From: Malacoraja senta
Taxonomy: Eukaryota
Assembly (NCBI GenBank): GCA_038087875.1
Contig: CM075999.1
Location: 1,862,001 to 1,926,000 of the forward strand
DNA: 64,000 bases
Direction of reading: 5' to 3'
Shown: piece after piece, positions 11,076-25,175 of the stretch
How positions within the stretch are numbered: the first letter of the stretch is position 1
Layout: each line of letters begins with the position of its first letter
Made by a program: the position numbers and the translations under genes
Notes under the pieces: generated by a model
Databases searched by the model: none
Told to the model about the DNA's origin: nothing
Seen by the model: the letters and a program-made list of their open reading frames with translations, nothing else

Positions 11076-11957
11076 AAATTAATAGTATGAATTAATTCTA
11101 AAAAACGAGAATTCCACGGTTAATGGAGGTTTGGCAGATTAGAACCATTCCCAGCAGTGTTTTGTTTAGGCTGGCTAGACTGTTATCTATGGAATTTTGA
11201 ATCAAGGACACTCTTTGTTCAAAACGAGTAAACGGCTGAACTGAATTGAATGGAATATACCAGAAGCATTATTTGTTTAATAGACTACAATATTAAATCC
11301 AATTGTAAGATTTGATCCTATTAACAACCTAATAATTTAACAAGTTATCTATGTTAGATTAGAATAGCTACGGACGCTAATAAAAATAAAAAATAACGAA
11401 CTAACAAAACTAATATGAATTTTTACTAAATTCTAACCTTATCTATAATTGGGAGGAGGGGATGAGAAACGAGCACCTGGCTTAGGTCCAGGGGCGCGTC
11501 TCGTTAACCCCTTCAACCAACAGTTGACTATTACTGACGCTAAAATCATTTGTTTAATAATTAGTAGCTAAAATTGCGATATATATATGATATGTTATAA
11601 TGAAATATATAGGGTAATATTGTATTATATATCTGAATGTGAGGCCCCGTTCTAATATGTTATGATTAATCAAGAGAGCGGAGTTATTTGTTTAACACCA
11701 ACAATGGAAGTCGAAACAAGGTTTTCTCCCACCTACAGGTGGGCCACTTGTTACAGTCGACTATTTTAGACACTGTATTTTCACTTTTTAAATTTTTTTT
11801 TAATTATCACATAAATTCACATGTTTGTGTTTTGTGTTTAGAGATAAGCGTAAAAGGGATATGCCAACAAAACTTAGAAATTCAAAGGTTCCCCCAATAC
11901 CCAAAGACCTGGGATATGGACGCACCACAAGATTTAAATGTACTATAATTAATAAAA

Positions 11958-14900
11958 ATGCAAGATGTTAAACAAAAGAACCTAGGAGGAATCTCATTCT
12001 GTAGTTGGAATATAAGAGGTATTAACAAACCTATTAAAAGGGGTAAGATACTAGCTCAGCTGAAACTGTACAATTCTGACATTATCTTCTTACAAGAAAC
12101 TCATCTAAAATCTCAGGATCAAGCTAGGTTGAGGGCGAAATCGATAGGTCAAACATACCATTCTTCATTTACTTCGAAATCTAGAGGTACGTCAATCATT
12201 ATAAGAAAATGTATACCATTCAAAGCAAAGAATACTATAACAGACATTGAAGGGAGATACTTAATAGTTAATGGAGAAATTCATGATACTCCAATTACCT
12301 TGGTAAATATATACGCGCCTAACTTTGACAACCCTCATTTTTTCAATAAAATTCTGAACATAATCGCAGTTTAATTATCAAAATGTTATAATAGGAGGAG
12401 ACTTTAACTGTGTTTTAGATCCGTATTTAGATAAATCAAGCCAAAAACAGAGAGGGAATACGAAATCTAAAACCAGTGAACTTTTAAATACTTATATAAA
12501 CAATACTAATATAGCAGATGTTTGGAGAATTGTTAATCCAACTGGCAGGGAATACTCGTTTTATTCAATGGTACACAAAACATACTCACGTATAGATTAT
12601 TTCCTGGTGGACACAAAATTAATCCCTCATACTTTTAACCCAACATACCATACAAATTCGATTTCAGACCATTCACCACTAACTTTCTTTTTAAAACTGG
12701 AAGGAATGTCTAAGAATAAACCGTTTTGGAGATTTAATTCTCACATCCTAAAAGATCCACAAGCGAGTATATATTTAAAAGAACAAATGGACGCCTTTTG
12801 TGAAATAAATGACACTCCAGATATATCGCCTACTGTACTATGGGAATCTTTTAAAGCAAACATTAGAGGTATTATAATTTCATATCAAGCTTTTCAAAAT
12901 AAAAAGAATAAGAATGAACAAAGACAGTTAGAGGAACTTATTAGACAAATGGATATAGATAATGCTAAAGATCCATCAATAGATAAACATAATAAAATAA
13001 TAATTTTGAAATTTAAATTAAATAAACTATTATCATCCAAACTTATAAGACTTTTTCAAATTACAAAACAAGAGCACTTTGAATTTGGGGATTAACCGCA
13101 TAAACTTTTGGCTCGCCAGCTAAAAAAACGAGAAAAAGAACATACGATCCCAAAGATTAAATCAGATAGAGGGGAATTATTAACCATACCGAAGGATATT
13201 AATAAAAGATTTGCGCAATTTTATGAGAATTTGTATACATCTAAAACGACAACTGACTCCTATAAAATTACAGAGTTTTTGGATAATTGTAATCTTCCAA
13301 AGTTGGAGTTGAAGGAACAAGAGGAATTGGGAGCACAAATCTCAATTAAGGAATTAGATTTAGATTTTAGATTTAGATAGCCCTTTATTGTCATTCAGAC
13401 TGAAGTCTGAACGAAATTGTGAAATTGCAACAGTCATACATAAAACTCAATAAAGAATGGAAAAACACCAGGTCCTGGTGGATTTACTAATGAATTTTAT
13501 AAAAGCTTCTACGACAAAATTATACCACGATTACAAAAAATGTACCAATATGCTTTTAAAAAACAAATATTACCTGATACACTAGCTGAATCAACGATCA
13601 CACTAATACTTAAAAAAGACAAAGATATAGAAGAACCGGGTTTATATAGAACTATAGCATTGTTAAACACAGATAAAAAAATATTAGTGAAAAGACTAGC
13701 TAGAAGATTAAGTAAATATATTAGTAAACTAATAAACCCAGACCAGACTGGGTATATCCCTAAAAGATACTCATCTAATAATATGAGACGTCTACTCAAT
13801 ATAATGCATTCACATAAATCTGAAGAACAAGAATTATCAATCATTTCGTTGGACGCTGAAAAAGCATTTGACCAAGTAGAATGGAATTATATGGATAAAG
13901 TATTACAAAAATTCCAACTGGGAGAGAATTTTATTTTATGGATTAAACTATTATATAATAAACCTACAGCTAGAATATTAACTAATAACATATTATCCTC
14001 GAAATTTCAACTATCAAGGGGAAATAGACAAGGATGCTCATTATCACCACAGTTGTTTGCTCTCATAATTGAACCGTTAGCGGAAAAAATTAGAACACAC
14101 CCAGATATTCATGGGTATAATACTAAATATTCAAATAATAAAATATCTTTATACGCGGATGATATATTACTGTACATTACAAAACCTCAAATTACTATAC
14201 CAAATATATTAAACTTAATTGAGGATTTTGGATCCTTTTCTGGATATAGAATAAACTGGAATAAAAGTGAAATTATGTCAATAAAACCGAAAGACTCAAC
14301 ACATCTTTTAAAATTCCCTTTTAAAATAGCTACAGAAAAATTTAAATACTTGGGAATCAAAATCACTAGAACATATCAAGGCACGTTTCGTGTATTTTAA
14401 TAGGCCGAATAAATGCAATAAAAATGAACTTTTTACCACAAATTTTATACATATTTCAATCGATTCCTATATACCTACCAAAGAAGTTTAAAAAAAAACT
14501 GGATTCAGACATTACTAATTTTATATGGGACTATAAATCACATAGAATACAAAGAGCACACTTGAACAAAGCTAAAGTATTAGGGGGCTTAGCACTCCCT
14601 AACTTCATGTATTATTATTGGTCAGTAAATATTAAAAATATGATTCAACTGATGGACAACTCTGCCCAGCAAGTGGACTGGATTGTAATGGAGAGAGAGG
14701 ATTGCTCCTCTGGAAACATTGGAGCGATCCTTCTCTCACCATTGGAACTGAATAACATAAATTAATACATAGCACAATCAGAACTTGGAAACAAATAAAA
14801 CAAAATTTAAAATTAAGAAATGTATCGCTTTTATCTCCCATAATTAATAACCCTTCATTTAATCCCTCTATTACAGACAAATCTTTCATACAATGGGATA

Positions 14901-15744
14901 GACTAGGAATTAAAACGTTCGGTGACTTGTACGAAACTGGAAAATTACTATCATTCCAACAATTACAAATAAAATATAAACTCGGAAATAATCAATATTT
15001 TAAATATTTTCAAATATGTGACTATTTGAAAAAATATACAAAAGATCATCATAATACCTCAACAGATGTATTGGATGAAGCAATGCAGATAAAAGCTGAA
15101 TCAGCAAACTTAATATCATATTTGTATAATATTATTTTAAATGTAGAAATACCATCTACGGAAGGTATTAGAAGAGACTGGGAACAAGAATTAGCTATTA
15201 AAATTTCAAAGGAAAGGTGGAATGAATATTTATTAAACGTGCATAAATGTTCGATTAATGTAAGACACACTTTAATACAATTAAAAATTTTACATAGTTT
15301 AAATTATTCTAAAACTAAAATCAATAAAATTTCCCCAAATGTATCATCCATTTGTGATAAATGTCAATCCCAAGAAGCTACTATAGCGCACTCATTTGTT
15401 TTCTGTACAAAAATTCAAAAATTTTGGATTTAAATTTTTGAAATTATTTACAAAATTATTTAAAATTAAACTGATACCCAAAGCAGAATGGATTATCTTC
15501 GGAACAACGGAAGATAGTCCAGAACTAAATGTGTTCCAAAAGAAATTAATAGACTATGGGTTAATAACTGGAAAAAAGTTCATCCTAAAATTCTGGAAAA
15601 ACGCTCCAATACCAACTATAAACATGTGGATTTCAAATATGTTCGAAACATTACACCTAGAAGAGATAAGACTCCTCCTGGCAGGTAAACCAGATCACTT
15701 CCACCTGACGTGATCTACATTTATAGAATTATTACAAGTATAGG
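11958..15744 (+). pseudogene. L1 ORF2p (APE endonuclease, reverse transcriptase, CCHC), multiply disrupted
   Basis: SWNIRG, LQETH, NIYAPN, SRIDY, SDH; SLDAEKAFD, RQGCSLSP, LYADD, KYLG; CDKC..AHSFVFC. Several frameshifts, stops and an insertion at 13355-13440. Confidence 0.95.
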
Positions 15745-16929
15745 GTGCAAAAGTACTTTAAAAAAACTGAGGTCAGGTAAGGGGGGATGAAAGCTGGAGA
15801 GTTGGTATATCCCATTTGCGTGATGCTTACAAAAAAGTATTTGTTTTTCTCTTTTCCCTCTTTCTCTTTTTTCTTCTTTTTTAGGGTCTATTTCTTAACT
15901 CTTTCCTTTTGTGTTTAATTTCTTTCTTATAGGGTCTTTGTCTCTTGTTTTTGTTTTTTTTGTCGTCACTTTTTTTACACCTTCACTTTTTTCCTTCACT
16001 TTCTTCTTTCTCTCAATCTTATCCTTTCCCTTTATTAGTGTAGAAAATAAACGGAGTACATTCATTGTAATAAGGTATATGTGATGAGTACTAGTGTAAT
16101 TGGTTGTAATGTAATGTATTTCTAATAAATAAAATACAAAAATAAAAATTAAAAAAAATTAAAAAGAGAGAGCAGCGGTTTTTGATTTTTGTTTTTGGAT
16201 TTAATTCTATCTTTAATTTGTGTACTCGTGATGTCTTTCCTATTTATTTCATTCCGCTTACATGTTTCTTGTTAAACTTTGTCAGGTGTCCTTGAGACTT
16301 TTGAAAGGCGCCCATAAATAACATTGATTATTATTATTATTATTATTGTCTATTGTCTATTTAACTTGTGAGCAATGACAATTACAGAGACAGAACTGGA
16401 TGGTCCGAAAAGAATAACTCAGAGAAAATTAATAATCATGAGAGAATGAATTATTGACGATCAGAAACTGGTAAATCTTCCTGAAAAGGAGAGAGAGTAA
16501 AGCGGAAAAAGAAGGTGGGAGTACGACCCAACACAGGCATTTGAATTGGCTGCTGAAATAAATATATCCAGTGGAAATTGAATGCGGTTAATATAATTTG
16601 TGAAGAAATTTACTCAGTCAGTGGGAAGATAATGATAGAAAATTACTATCTGTTGGTGAGCAGATTGGACAGAAATGGGCTGAGGCTGAGTGGTAAAGCA
16701 ACAAAAGGGTGATTCAGTCCTAATGGAAGCTCAGTAATTATCCCCAAAGTGGTAAATCAGAGGTGAGATATAATTCCCCGCATGTATTGTTAGACTGGTC
16801 CTCAATGTTAAGTGGGCAATAGCAACAGATATTCAATGAGACATAGGGTTTAGCAACGACACTGAACTGACTCTGATCCCAAGACCACCCACAGTAGCGT
16901 GTTACTTGGATTCAACACTGACAGCGCAT

Positions 16930-17120
16930 AATAGGATAATTCTTCTGCTAATGGACTAATAATCCCGAGACTTGGATCTTTGGTCAAGAGTTCGACGCTG
17001 TACCATGGCTGCGGGGGAATTTAATTCAGTTCATTAACTAGACCCAAAACCTTAATATAGAAGCCAGCACTAATGAAGGTGAGCATGAAATTGCTGAATT
17101 AGCATGTTTTTAAAAAAAAA
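16930..17120 (+). mobile_element. Old degraded tRNA-derived shark-type SINE fragment
   Basis: GGACTAATAATCC...GAGTTCGA...CCATGGCTGCGGGGGAATTTAATTCA...GGTGAGCATGAAATTG resembles chondrichthyan SINE heads as I recall them; not verified. Confidence 0.4.
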
Positions 17121-17634
17121 ACGAAAATAGAAACGAGGAACTGCAGGTGCTGGTTTACGGGGAAAACGGACACAATGTGCTGGAGTAACTCAGCGGGCCA
17201 GGCAGCATCTCTGGAGAAGGTGGATAGGTGATGTTTTAGGTGAAGTACGGGGAGAACGTACAAAGTTCGTACAGACAGTGAGAGAGTTAGATAGAGGGGC
17301 TAGTGGAGTCAAGGGATATGGATGGGGAGAAGGCAGGCACGGGTTATTGATAGGGGACGATCAGCCATGATCACAATGAATGGCGGTGCTGGCTCAAAGG
17401 GCCGTATGGACTCCTCCAGCACCTATTTTCTATGTTTCTATGACAGCACCCGTAGTGAGGATCGAACCCGGGTCTCTGGCGCTGTGAGGCAGCAAGTCTA
17501 CCGCTGCGCCATCGGGCCGCCCTATATACGGGCGCTGTCTGTACGGACTTTGTACGTTCTCCCCGTGACCTGCGTGGGTTTTCTCCGGGTGCTCTGGTTT
17601 TCTCCCGCACTCCAAAGACGTGCATGTTTGTAGG

Positions 17635-17638
<4 letters not shown>

Positions 17639-17672
<34 letters not shown>
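17639..17672. repeat. (TA)n microsatellite
   Basis: Direct. Confidence 0.95.
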
Positions 17673-17677
<5 letters not shown>

Positions 17678-17730
17678 CTTGTTATGCCCTGTACCATGTA
17701 TCTGTACACTGTGGACAGCTTGATTGTAAT

Positions 17731-17960
17731 GTTTAAGAAGGAATTGAAGATGTTGGAAAATCGAAGGTAGACAAAATTGCTGGAGAAACTCAGCGCGTGA
17801 GGCAGCATCTATGGAGCGAAGGAAATAGGCAACGTTTCGGGCCAAAGCCTATTTTGTTGAACAGTCTAGTTTCAGAATAATTTCAGGCCCGAAACGTTGC
17901 CTATTTCCTTCGCTCCATAGATGCTGCCTCACGCACTGAGTTTCTCCAGCACTTTTGTCT
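17731..17960. mobile_element. Palindromic Penelope terminal-repeat insertion with 14-bp TSD
   Basis: Inverted arms; AGCT(T/C)GATTGTAAT at 17717-17730 and 17961-17974. Confidence 0.8.
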
Positions 17961-18669
17961 AGCTCGATTGTAATCATGTATTGTCTTTCCGCTGACTGGT
18001 TAGCACGCAGCAAAAAGCTTTTCACTGTACCTCGGTACACGTGACGAATAAACTAAACTAAACTAAAAGATGTCAATGGCATTTATGATCATAAAAGATT
18101 GAGAGCAAGCTGAACGCAAGGTGCTGGCGGCACTGGAGGAGAATTTAATTACCCTCCCGTTCAAACCCACCTCTTCATGAGCAACTTATTCTTCAGCTAA
18201 TCGTGGGAAATTTAATTAGAAAATAATGGCAAACACTTCCAGAATGTCTTTCACAACCGATAACAACCGTGTTGAAGAATGGTATAATTAATCTAGTTCA
18301 TGTTCGCTGTACACCTTCTTTATTTTCACTCCCCCATCAATATGCATTCCAAGATTTAAAATGGTGAAATAATGGAGTTTTTGCCCTGTATTTTTCTCCT
18401 GAGCTTCCAATTCGACTTTCGAATAGGTTTGCGATGATTGCTTCTCGCATGTGATTGCATTTGTTTTCCACAACTTCAGTAACTGCCTATAATTAGATGG
18501 AACATTGTTCTTGCCACAATGTCAGCTGATTCGAACTTTGTAATACCTCAAAAGCCTGGCGTCACGGGGGGGGGGGGGGGGGGGGAGGTGTGTGAAGATA
18601 ATCCACTTGCAGCAAATCCATTTCAGTTGCGACACTGTGCTACCATCCCACTCATTTACTGCAACAACC

Positions 18670-19365
18670 AACAATAGACAATAGGTGCAGGAGTAGGCCA
18701 TTCGGACCTTCGAGCCAGCACCGCCATTCAATGTGATCATGGCTGATCATCCACAATCAGTACCCCGTTCCTGCCTTCTCCCCATATCCTCAGACTCCGC
18801 TATCTTTAAGAGCCCTATCTAGCTCTCTCTTGAAAGCATCCAGAGAACCTGCCTCCACCGCCCTCTGAAGCAGAGAATTCCACAGACTCACAACTCTGTG
18901 TGTGAAAAAGTATTTCCTCGTCTCTGTTCTAAATGGCTTACCCCTTATTCTTAAACTGTGGACCCTGGTCTGGACTCCCCCAACATCGGGAACATGTTTC
19001 CTGCCTCTAGCGTGTCCAAACCCTTAATAGTCTTATATGTTTCAATGAGATCCCCTCTCATCCTACGAAACTCCAGAGTAAACAAGCCCAGCTGCTCCAT
19101 TCTCTCAGCATATGGCAGTCCCGCCATCCCGGGAATTAACCTTGTAAACCTACGCTGCACTCCCTCAATAGCAAGAATGTCCTTCCTCAAATTAGGGGAC
19201 CAAAACTGCACACAATACTCCAGGCGTGGTCTCACTAGGGCCCTGTACAACTGCGGAAGGACCTCTTTGCTCCTATACTCAACTCTTCTTGTTATGAAGG
19301 CCAACATGCCATTGGCTTTCTTCACTGCCTGCTGTACCTGCATGCTTACTTTCATAGACTGATGT
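18670..19365 (-). mobile_element. CR1 LINE 3' fragment
   Basis: ORF 18951-19355 KKANGMLAFI..LYRALVRPRLEYCVQFWSP. Confidence 0.93.
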
Positions 19366-19470
19366 ACCAGATCGTTTACACCTTTACTTCAGTGGTTATT
19401 TTCGGGTGGTCTACAGAAATGAGACCGTGGATGGAGAGGGTACAGAACTCCATACTTAGACATATTTGTA

Positions 19471-20101
19471 GGCCTTCATAACAAGAGGAATCGAATATAG
19501 GAGAAAACAGGTCCTTCTGCAGTTGTATAGGGCCCTAGTGAGACCACACCTGGAGTATTGTGTGCAGTTTTGGTCCCCTAATTTGAGGAAGGACATTCTT
19601 GCTATTGAGGGAGTGCAGCGTAGGTTCACAAGGTTAATTTCCGGGATGGCGGGACTGTCATATGCTGAGAGAATGGAGCAGCTGGGCTTGTACACTCTGG
19701 AGTTTAGAAGGATGAGAGGGGATCTGATTGAAACATATAAGATTGTTAAGGGCTTGGACACGCTAGAGGCAGGAAACATGTTCCCGATGTTGGTGGAGAC
19801 CAGAACCAGGGGCCACAGTTTAAGAATAAGGTGTAAGCCATTTAGAACGGAGACGAGGAAACGCTTTTTCTCACAGAGAGTGGTGAGTCTGTGGAATTCT
19901 CTGCCTCAGAGGGCGGTGGAGGCTGGCTCTCTAGATGCTTTCAAGAGAGAGCTAGATAGGGCTCTTAAAAATAGCGGAGTCAGGGGATATGGGGAGAAGG
20001 CAGGAACGGGGTACTGATTGGGGATGATCAGCCATGATCACATTGAATGGCGGTGCTGGCTCGAAGGGCCGAATGGCCTACTCCTGCGTCTATTGTCTAT
20101 T
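19471..20101 (+). mobile_element. CR1 LINE 3' fragment
   Basis: ORF 19523-20017 YRALVRPHLEYCVQFWSPNLRKD...GYGEKAGTGY. Confidence 0.93.
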
Positions 20102-20979
20102 GAAACATCACCCATTCCTTCTCTCCAGAGATGCAGGTCACGGAGAGAACATACAAAGACTGTACAGACAGCACCCGTAGTCAGGATCGAACGGGGGTCT
20201 CCGGCGCTGTGAGGCAGCGACTTTACCACCGCTCCACCGTGACGCCTGTGTGCGTGTAAAGAAAATGTCCCCGCATATCTCCTTTAAACTTTGTGGAAGT
20301 TTACTCTTTGCTAGTTGGCAGTAGTGTGATTTTTATTACAGCAGTGAATTTGTAATCAGTTGAGTATTATGCAATGCTCAGAAAGTGATGTGGAAATGCA
20401 AAGAATTCCTTTAAAAGCTTGCTGCCCACAGAATGTCTCACTCACCAGCCCTCTGCTGAACCCCCACCCACACTCCTCCAGCAATGAATTGGTTTCAGAA
20501 TTCTGCTCTCAATTACAACACTGTTGCACTCCATCCACTTCTGCAGCCTTCTCCAGCTCATCTGAAAGCGGCCTCCAGCAATCAGAGCAAGGAAGGAACA
20601 GGAGGGAAAGTTAAAGGGCTTTATCGGTATTCATAACAGGATAAATGAGCTGACGGCACAAGCAGAAAAGAATGGGCGTGATCTGAAAGCCCAACACAAA
20701 GACGTCACTGAAGCACAAGAGTCAAGTGTTTCAATGTCATGTGTAAACGAAATAGAACAATGAGATTCTTACTTGCAGCAGCACAACTGATATATATGTA
20801 CTCGGTCAAACACATAATAAACAAAAAAATAGTTCAGTATATATGTTTATGCACACGTACACACACATATATGTAAACATATAAGGAGACAAAAAATGCT
20901 GGAGCAACTCAGCAGGTGAGGCAGCATCTATGGGGAGGAGGAATAGGTGACGTTTCGGGTCAAGACCCTTCTTCAGACA

Positions 20980-21572
<593 letters not shown>

Positions 21573-22168
21573 TATGTACATACTGTACATTAAACCGAAG
21601 ATAGCCACAAAAACCTGGGGTAACTCAGCGGGACAGGCAGCATCTCTGGAGAGAAGGAATGGGTGACGTTTTGGGTCGAGACCCTTCTTCAGACTGAGAT
21701 TCAGGGGAGAGGGGAACGTGAGATATAGACGGTGATGTATAGAACAAATGAATGAAAGATATCCAAAAAAGTAACAATGATAAAGGAAACAGGCCATTGT
21801 TAGCTGTGTCTGTAAAATGTTCAGTATATTTATATATAGTATATATATATAGTATATATTTATATATAGTTTACTGTATATATCAGTATATTCATATATA
21901 TATATATATGGTTTCTTTATTATCATGTGTACCAAGGTATAGCGATTATTTTACACAAATACAAGTTTAGAGGGATATACAAATATATACCATATGTATA
22001 TTTGTGTATTTGTGTGTGTATATATATATAAAATAATCGCTATACCTTGGTACACATTATATTAAAGAAACCATTGAACATAGACCCAGGCTATATAGAG
22101 AAACATAAATTATACGGTGAAATTAATGAGACTAAGCAATGAAAAAAAGACCTCAGCGCAAAAAACAC

Positions 22169-23175
22169 AATTCAATTCAATTCAATTCAACCTTTATTGT
22201 CATCTTGCAAGCAACAGTTGTACAGTGCAAAACGAAAAGACGTTTCCCAGGGAATACCGGAGCATCGCACATGAAGTTTAAAACATTTCACACATAATGA
22301 CACTAAAAACAATCCAGTCCCTGATGGAACAGTATAAAGTTAAAATAGATAAAAACAATGTTAAAATACAGTAAGACCAATCATAAACATGTCCGGGGTG
22401 GCTGATTTGAGTGGCCAGTGCCAGTTATTGAAGTGGCCAGTGCCAGTTATTGAAGTGGCCAGTGCCAGTTATTATAGTGTCCGTGCCAAGCCGCAGAATC
22501 AGGTGACTGTGAGTACAGAGTGGCTGTTTAGCAGCCTCACAGCATATGGCAGGAAGCTGTTTAGCAGTCTTGTAGTCCGGGCTTTGATGCTGCGATATCT
22601 CTTGCCTGATGGCAGGAGATCCAGGTGTATGTGGAGGGGGTGCAGTTTGTCCTTAGCAATTCTCTGAGCTTTTTTCCGACAGTGGCTCAGGAACAGTTCT
22701 TGTACCGAGGGTAGGGAGACGCCAATGATCTTCTCTGCTCCCCTCACTACCCTCTGCAGAGCCTTCCTGTCCGAGCAGTTGCAGGTGGAGTACCACGTAT
22801 TTAAACAGTACGTGAGTACAGACTCCACCGTACCCCTGTAGAAAGTCCTGAGGATGTTGGTGGGGAGTGAGGCCTGTTTTAGTTTCCTCAGAAAGTGCAG
22901 TCGCTGATGGGCCCTTTTGATGGTCCCAGTGGTGTTTCTGGACCAGGTGAGGCTGTCTGTAATTTGCACCCCGAGGAACTTTATGCTCTCCACTCTCTCC
23001 ACTGTGGTGCCACTGATGTTAAGGGGTGCATGCTTTGGCTGCGCCCTCCTGAAGTCGACAACCATCTCCTTTGTTTTGTCAACATTTAATTCTAGATTAT
23101 TTTTGCCGCACCAGTCCGCTAGTTGTTTTACTTCCTCCCTGCACATTGATTCATCATCTCCGCTGATGAGTCCAT
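22169..23175 (-). mobile_element. Rex1/Babar-type LINE 3' fragment, (TTGAA)n tail
   Basis: ORF 22499-23146 WCGKNNLELNVDKTKEMVVDFRR..KFLGVQI..QRLHFLRKL..FYRGTVESVLTY. A 3'-UTR copy lies at 44882-45218. Confidence 0.9.
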
Positions 23176-23392
23176 ATTAGTGCAAGAGGTGGTCCCCAGT
23201 GTTCCGTTGATGAGGTAGGATTAGGGTTGTGTGAGTCAGTTCAAGAACCTGATGGTTATAGAGTCTTAGAGTCATACAGCATGGAAACAGGCCCTTCAGC
23301 CCAGCCTGCCCATGCCAACCCAGTTGTCCCATCTACACTCGTCCCGTCTGGCAGCGTTTGGCCCATAACCCTCTAAACCTGTCCCATCCATG

Positions 23393-23748
23393 TAGGAAGA
23401 AGCTGTTCCTGAACCTGGTGGTGTGGGACTCTAGGTTTCTGCACCTTCTCTCCGATGGTAGCAGGGAGAAGAGGTCACGGCCTGGATGGCGGGGATCTTT
23501 CATAGTTGTCTTGAGACAGCGCCTGGTGTCGATGCCTTCGTTGGTGGGGAGGGTCGAGTCGGTGATGGGCCGGGGCTGAGTCCACCGCTCTCTGCGGCCT
23601 CTTGCGTTCCTGTGCATTGGAATAGCTGTACCTGGCCTTGATAAAAAACAGCCAGGATACTTTCGGCAGTGCAAACTTCTGTAGAAGTTTGTTGGAGTGT
23701 TGGCTGACGCCAAATCCCTTTAAACTTCTGAGGAAGTGGAAGTGCTTG
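23393..23748 (-). mobile_element. Older Rex1/Babar-type fragment
   Basis: KDPRHPGRDLFSLLPSERR..TTRFRNSFF, frameshifted. Confidence 0.75.
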
Positions 23749-24134
23749 GATAAAGATACTGAAATAATCACAAGTGATGTTAATTATCATCTAGATTGGT
23801 CAAATCAAATGCCAAGAGCAGCCTTGAGGGTAAAGTCCTAACATTTACTTGGAATAGATTCTTAAAGTAAAGCAGTCAGGAACCAACCGGGGAACCGGCT
23901 ATTTTAGATCAGGTAATGAGATACAATTAATTAATGATATTGGAGTTAATGATCTCTGAGGAAAGAAACAGGGTTGAATTAACCCAACTACGCAGGTAAG
24001 GAGGAAGAGGGCAGGACTGGCTGGGAAAATAGATCAAAACGGTAGATAGATCAGCCATGGTAAACATTTAAGGAGATATTTCAGGAGTGGAATAGATAGG
24101 CTAGATACACAGAGTCAGTCAGTGTTCTTAAGGT

Positions 24135-24695
24135 CATAACTGATAGGAGCAGAATTAGGCCATAGGCCCCATCAAGTCTACTCCGCCATTCTATCATGGC
24201 TGATCTATCTCTCCCTCCTAACCCCATTCTCCTGATACCCGTACAAATCAAGAATCTATCTATCTCTCACTTAAACATATCCATTGGCTTGGCCTCCAAG
24301 GCCTTTTTTGGCAAATAATTCCACAGATTCACCACCCTCGGACTAAAGAAATTCCTCCTCATCTCCTTCCAAAAAGGAACATCCTTTATTTCTGAGGCTG
24401 TGACCTCTGGTCCTAGACTCTCCCACTAGTGGAATCATCCTCTCCACATCCACTCTATCCAAGCCTTCAAAGATAGACACAAAATGCAGGAGTAACTCAA
24501 CGGGACAGGCAGCATCTCTGGAGAGAAGGAGTGGGTGACGTTTCGGGTCGACACCCTTCTTCCAAACCTTTCGCTATTCGGTAAGTTTCCATGAGGTCCC
24601 CCCTCTTCCTTCTGAACTCCAGCGAGTAGAAGCCCATTGCCGTCAAACGCTCATCGTACGTTAACCCATTCGTTCCTGGGATAATCCGCGTAAAC
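24135..24695 (-). mobile_element. CR1 3' fragment interrupted by a Penelope repeat (about 24468-24561)
   Basis: CR1 3'-end similarity; TCCAA(G/A)CCTT flanks the insert. Confidence 0.75.
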
Positions 24696-25175
24696 GTCAG
24701 TAAGGTGGGTCTAAGTCCCGTACTATCCAGTCCTGGTCTTAGTTCTTACATTTTTAATGTTTTTATGTCTTTAGACTTTGGAGATTGAAATGAATTTATC
24801 ATTTAATTAGTGAAACAGGAAAATGATGCTCAATGGTGGGAGCAAAATGCTGCCCCAGGTACGAGTACATCCAGCACGTTAGAGGGAATCGCTCTCTTAA
24901 GGCTGCTAAAAATTCAATCAGATTTTAGATGACTCTTTATACAAAACAGCTAAAACCCTTCAGGAACAAATTTGTCAGGCTGCACAGCACTGATATTAAA
25001 TAAATCAATCCAATCCATATTGTTCGCTACTAAATACTTAAAATAAAATGGCTGTCCCATTTCTTTCACTCCTGCAGTGCTAGCAAAGCATTGGCTTACC
25101 AGACCGCAATGCTTACAATTCCTGGCCATATCCACCTCGCCCTTGTTGTGACCTCCATCAGTTCCCCCTCCCTTA

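Larger units (their letters stand above)
9900..16165 (+). mobile_element. Near-full-length decayed L1-clade LINE (5' boundary approximate)
   Basis: ORF1, ~880-bp spacer, EN-RT-CCHC ORF2, T-rich 3' UTR, AATAAA near 16124 and A-rich tail to 16165. Confidence 0.92.

Noticed and set aside
18958..19779. Antisense ORFs (MFPASSVSKPL...)
   Set aside because: Shadow frames of CR1 ORF2.
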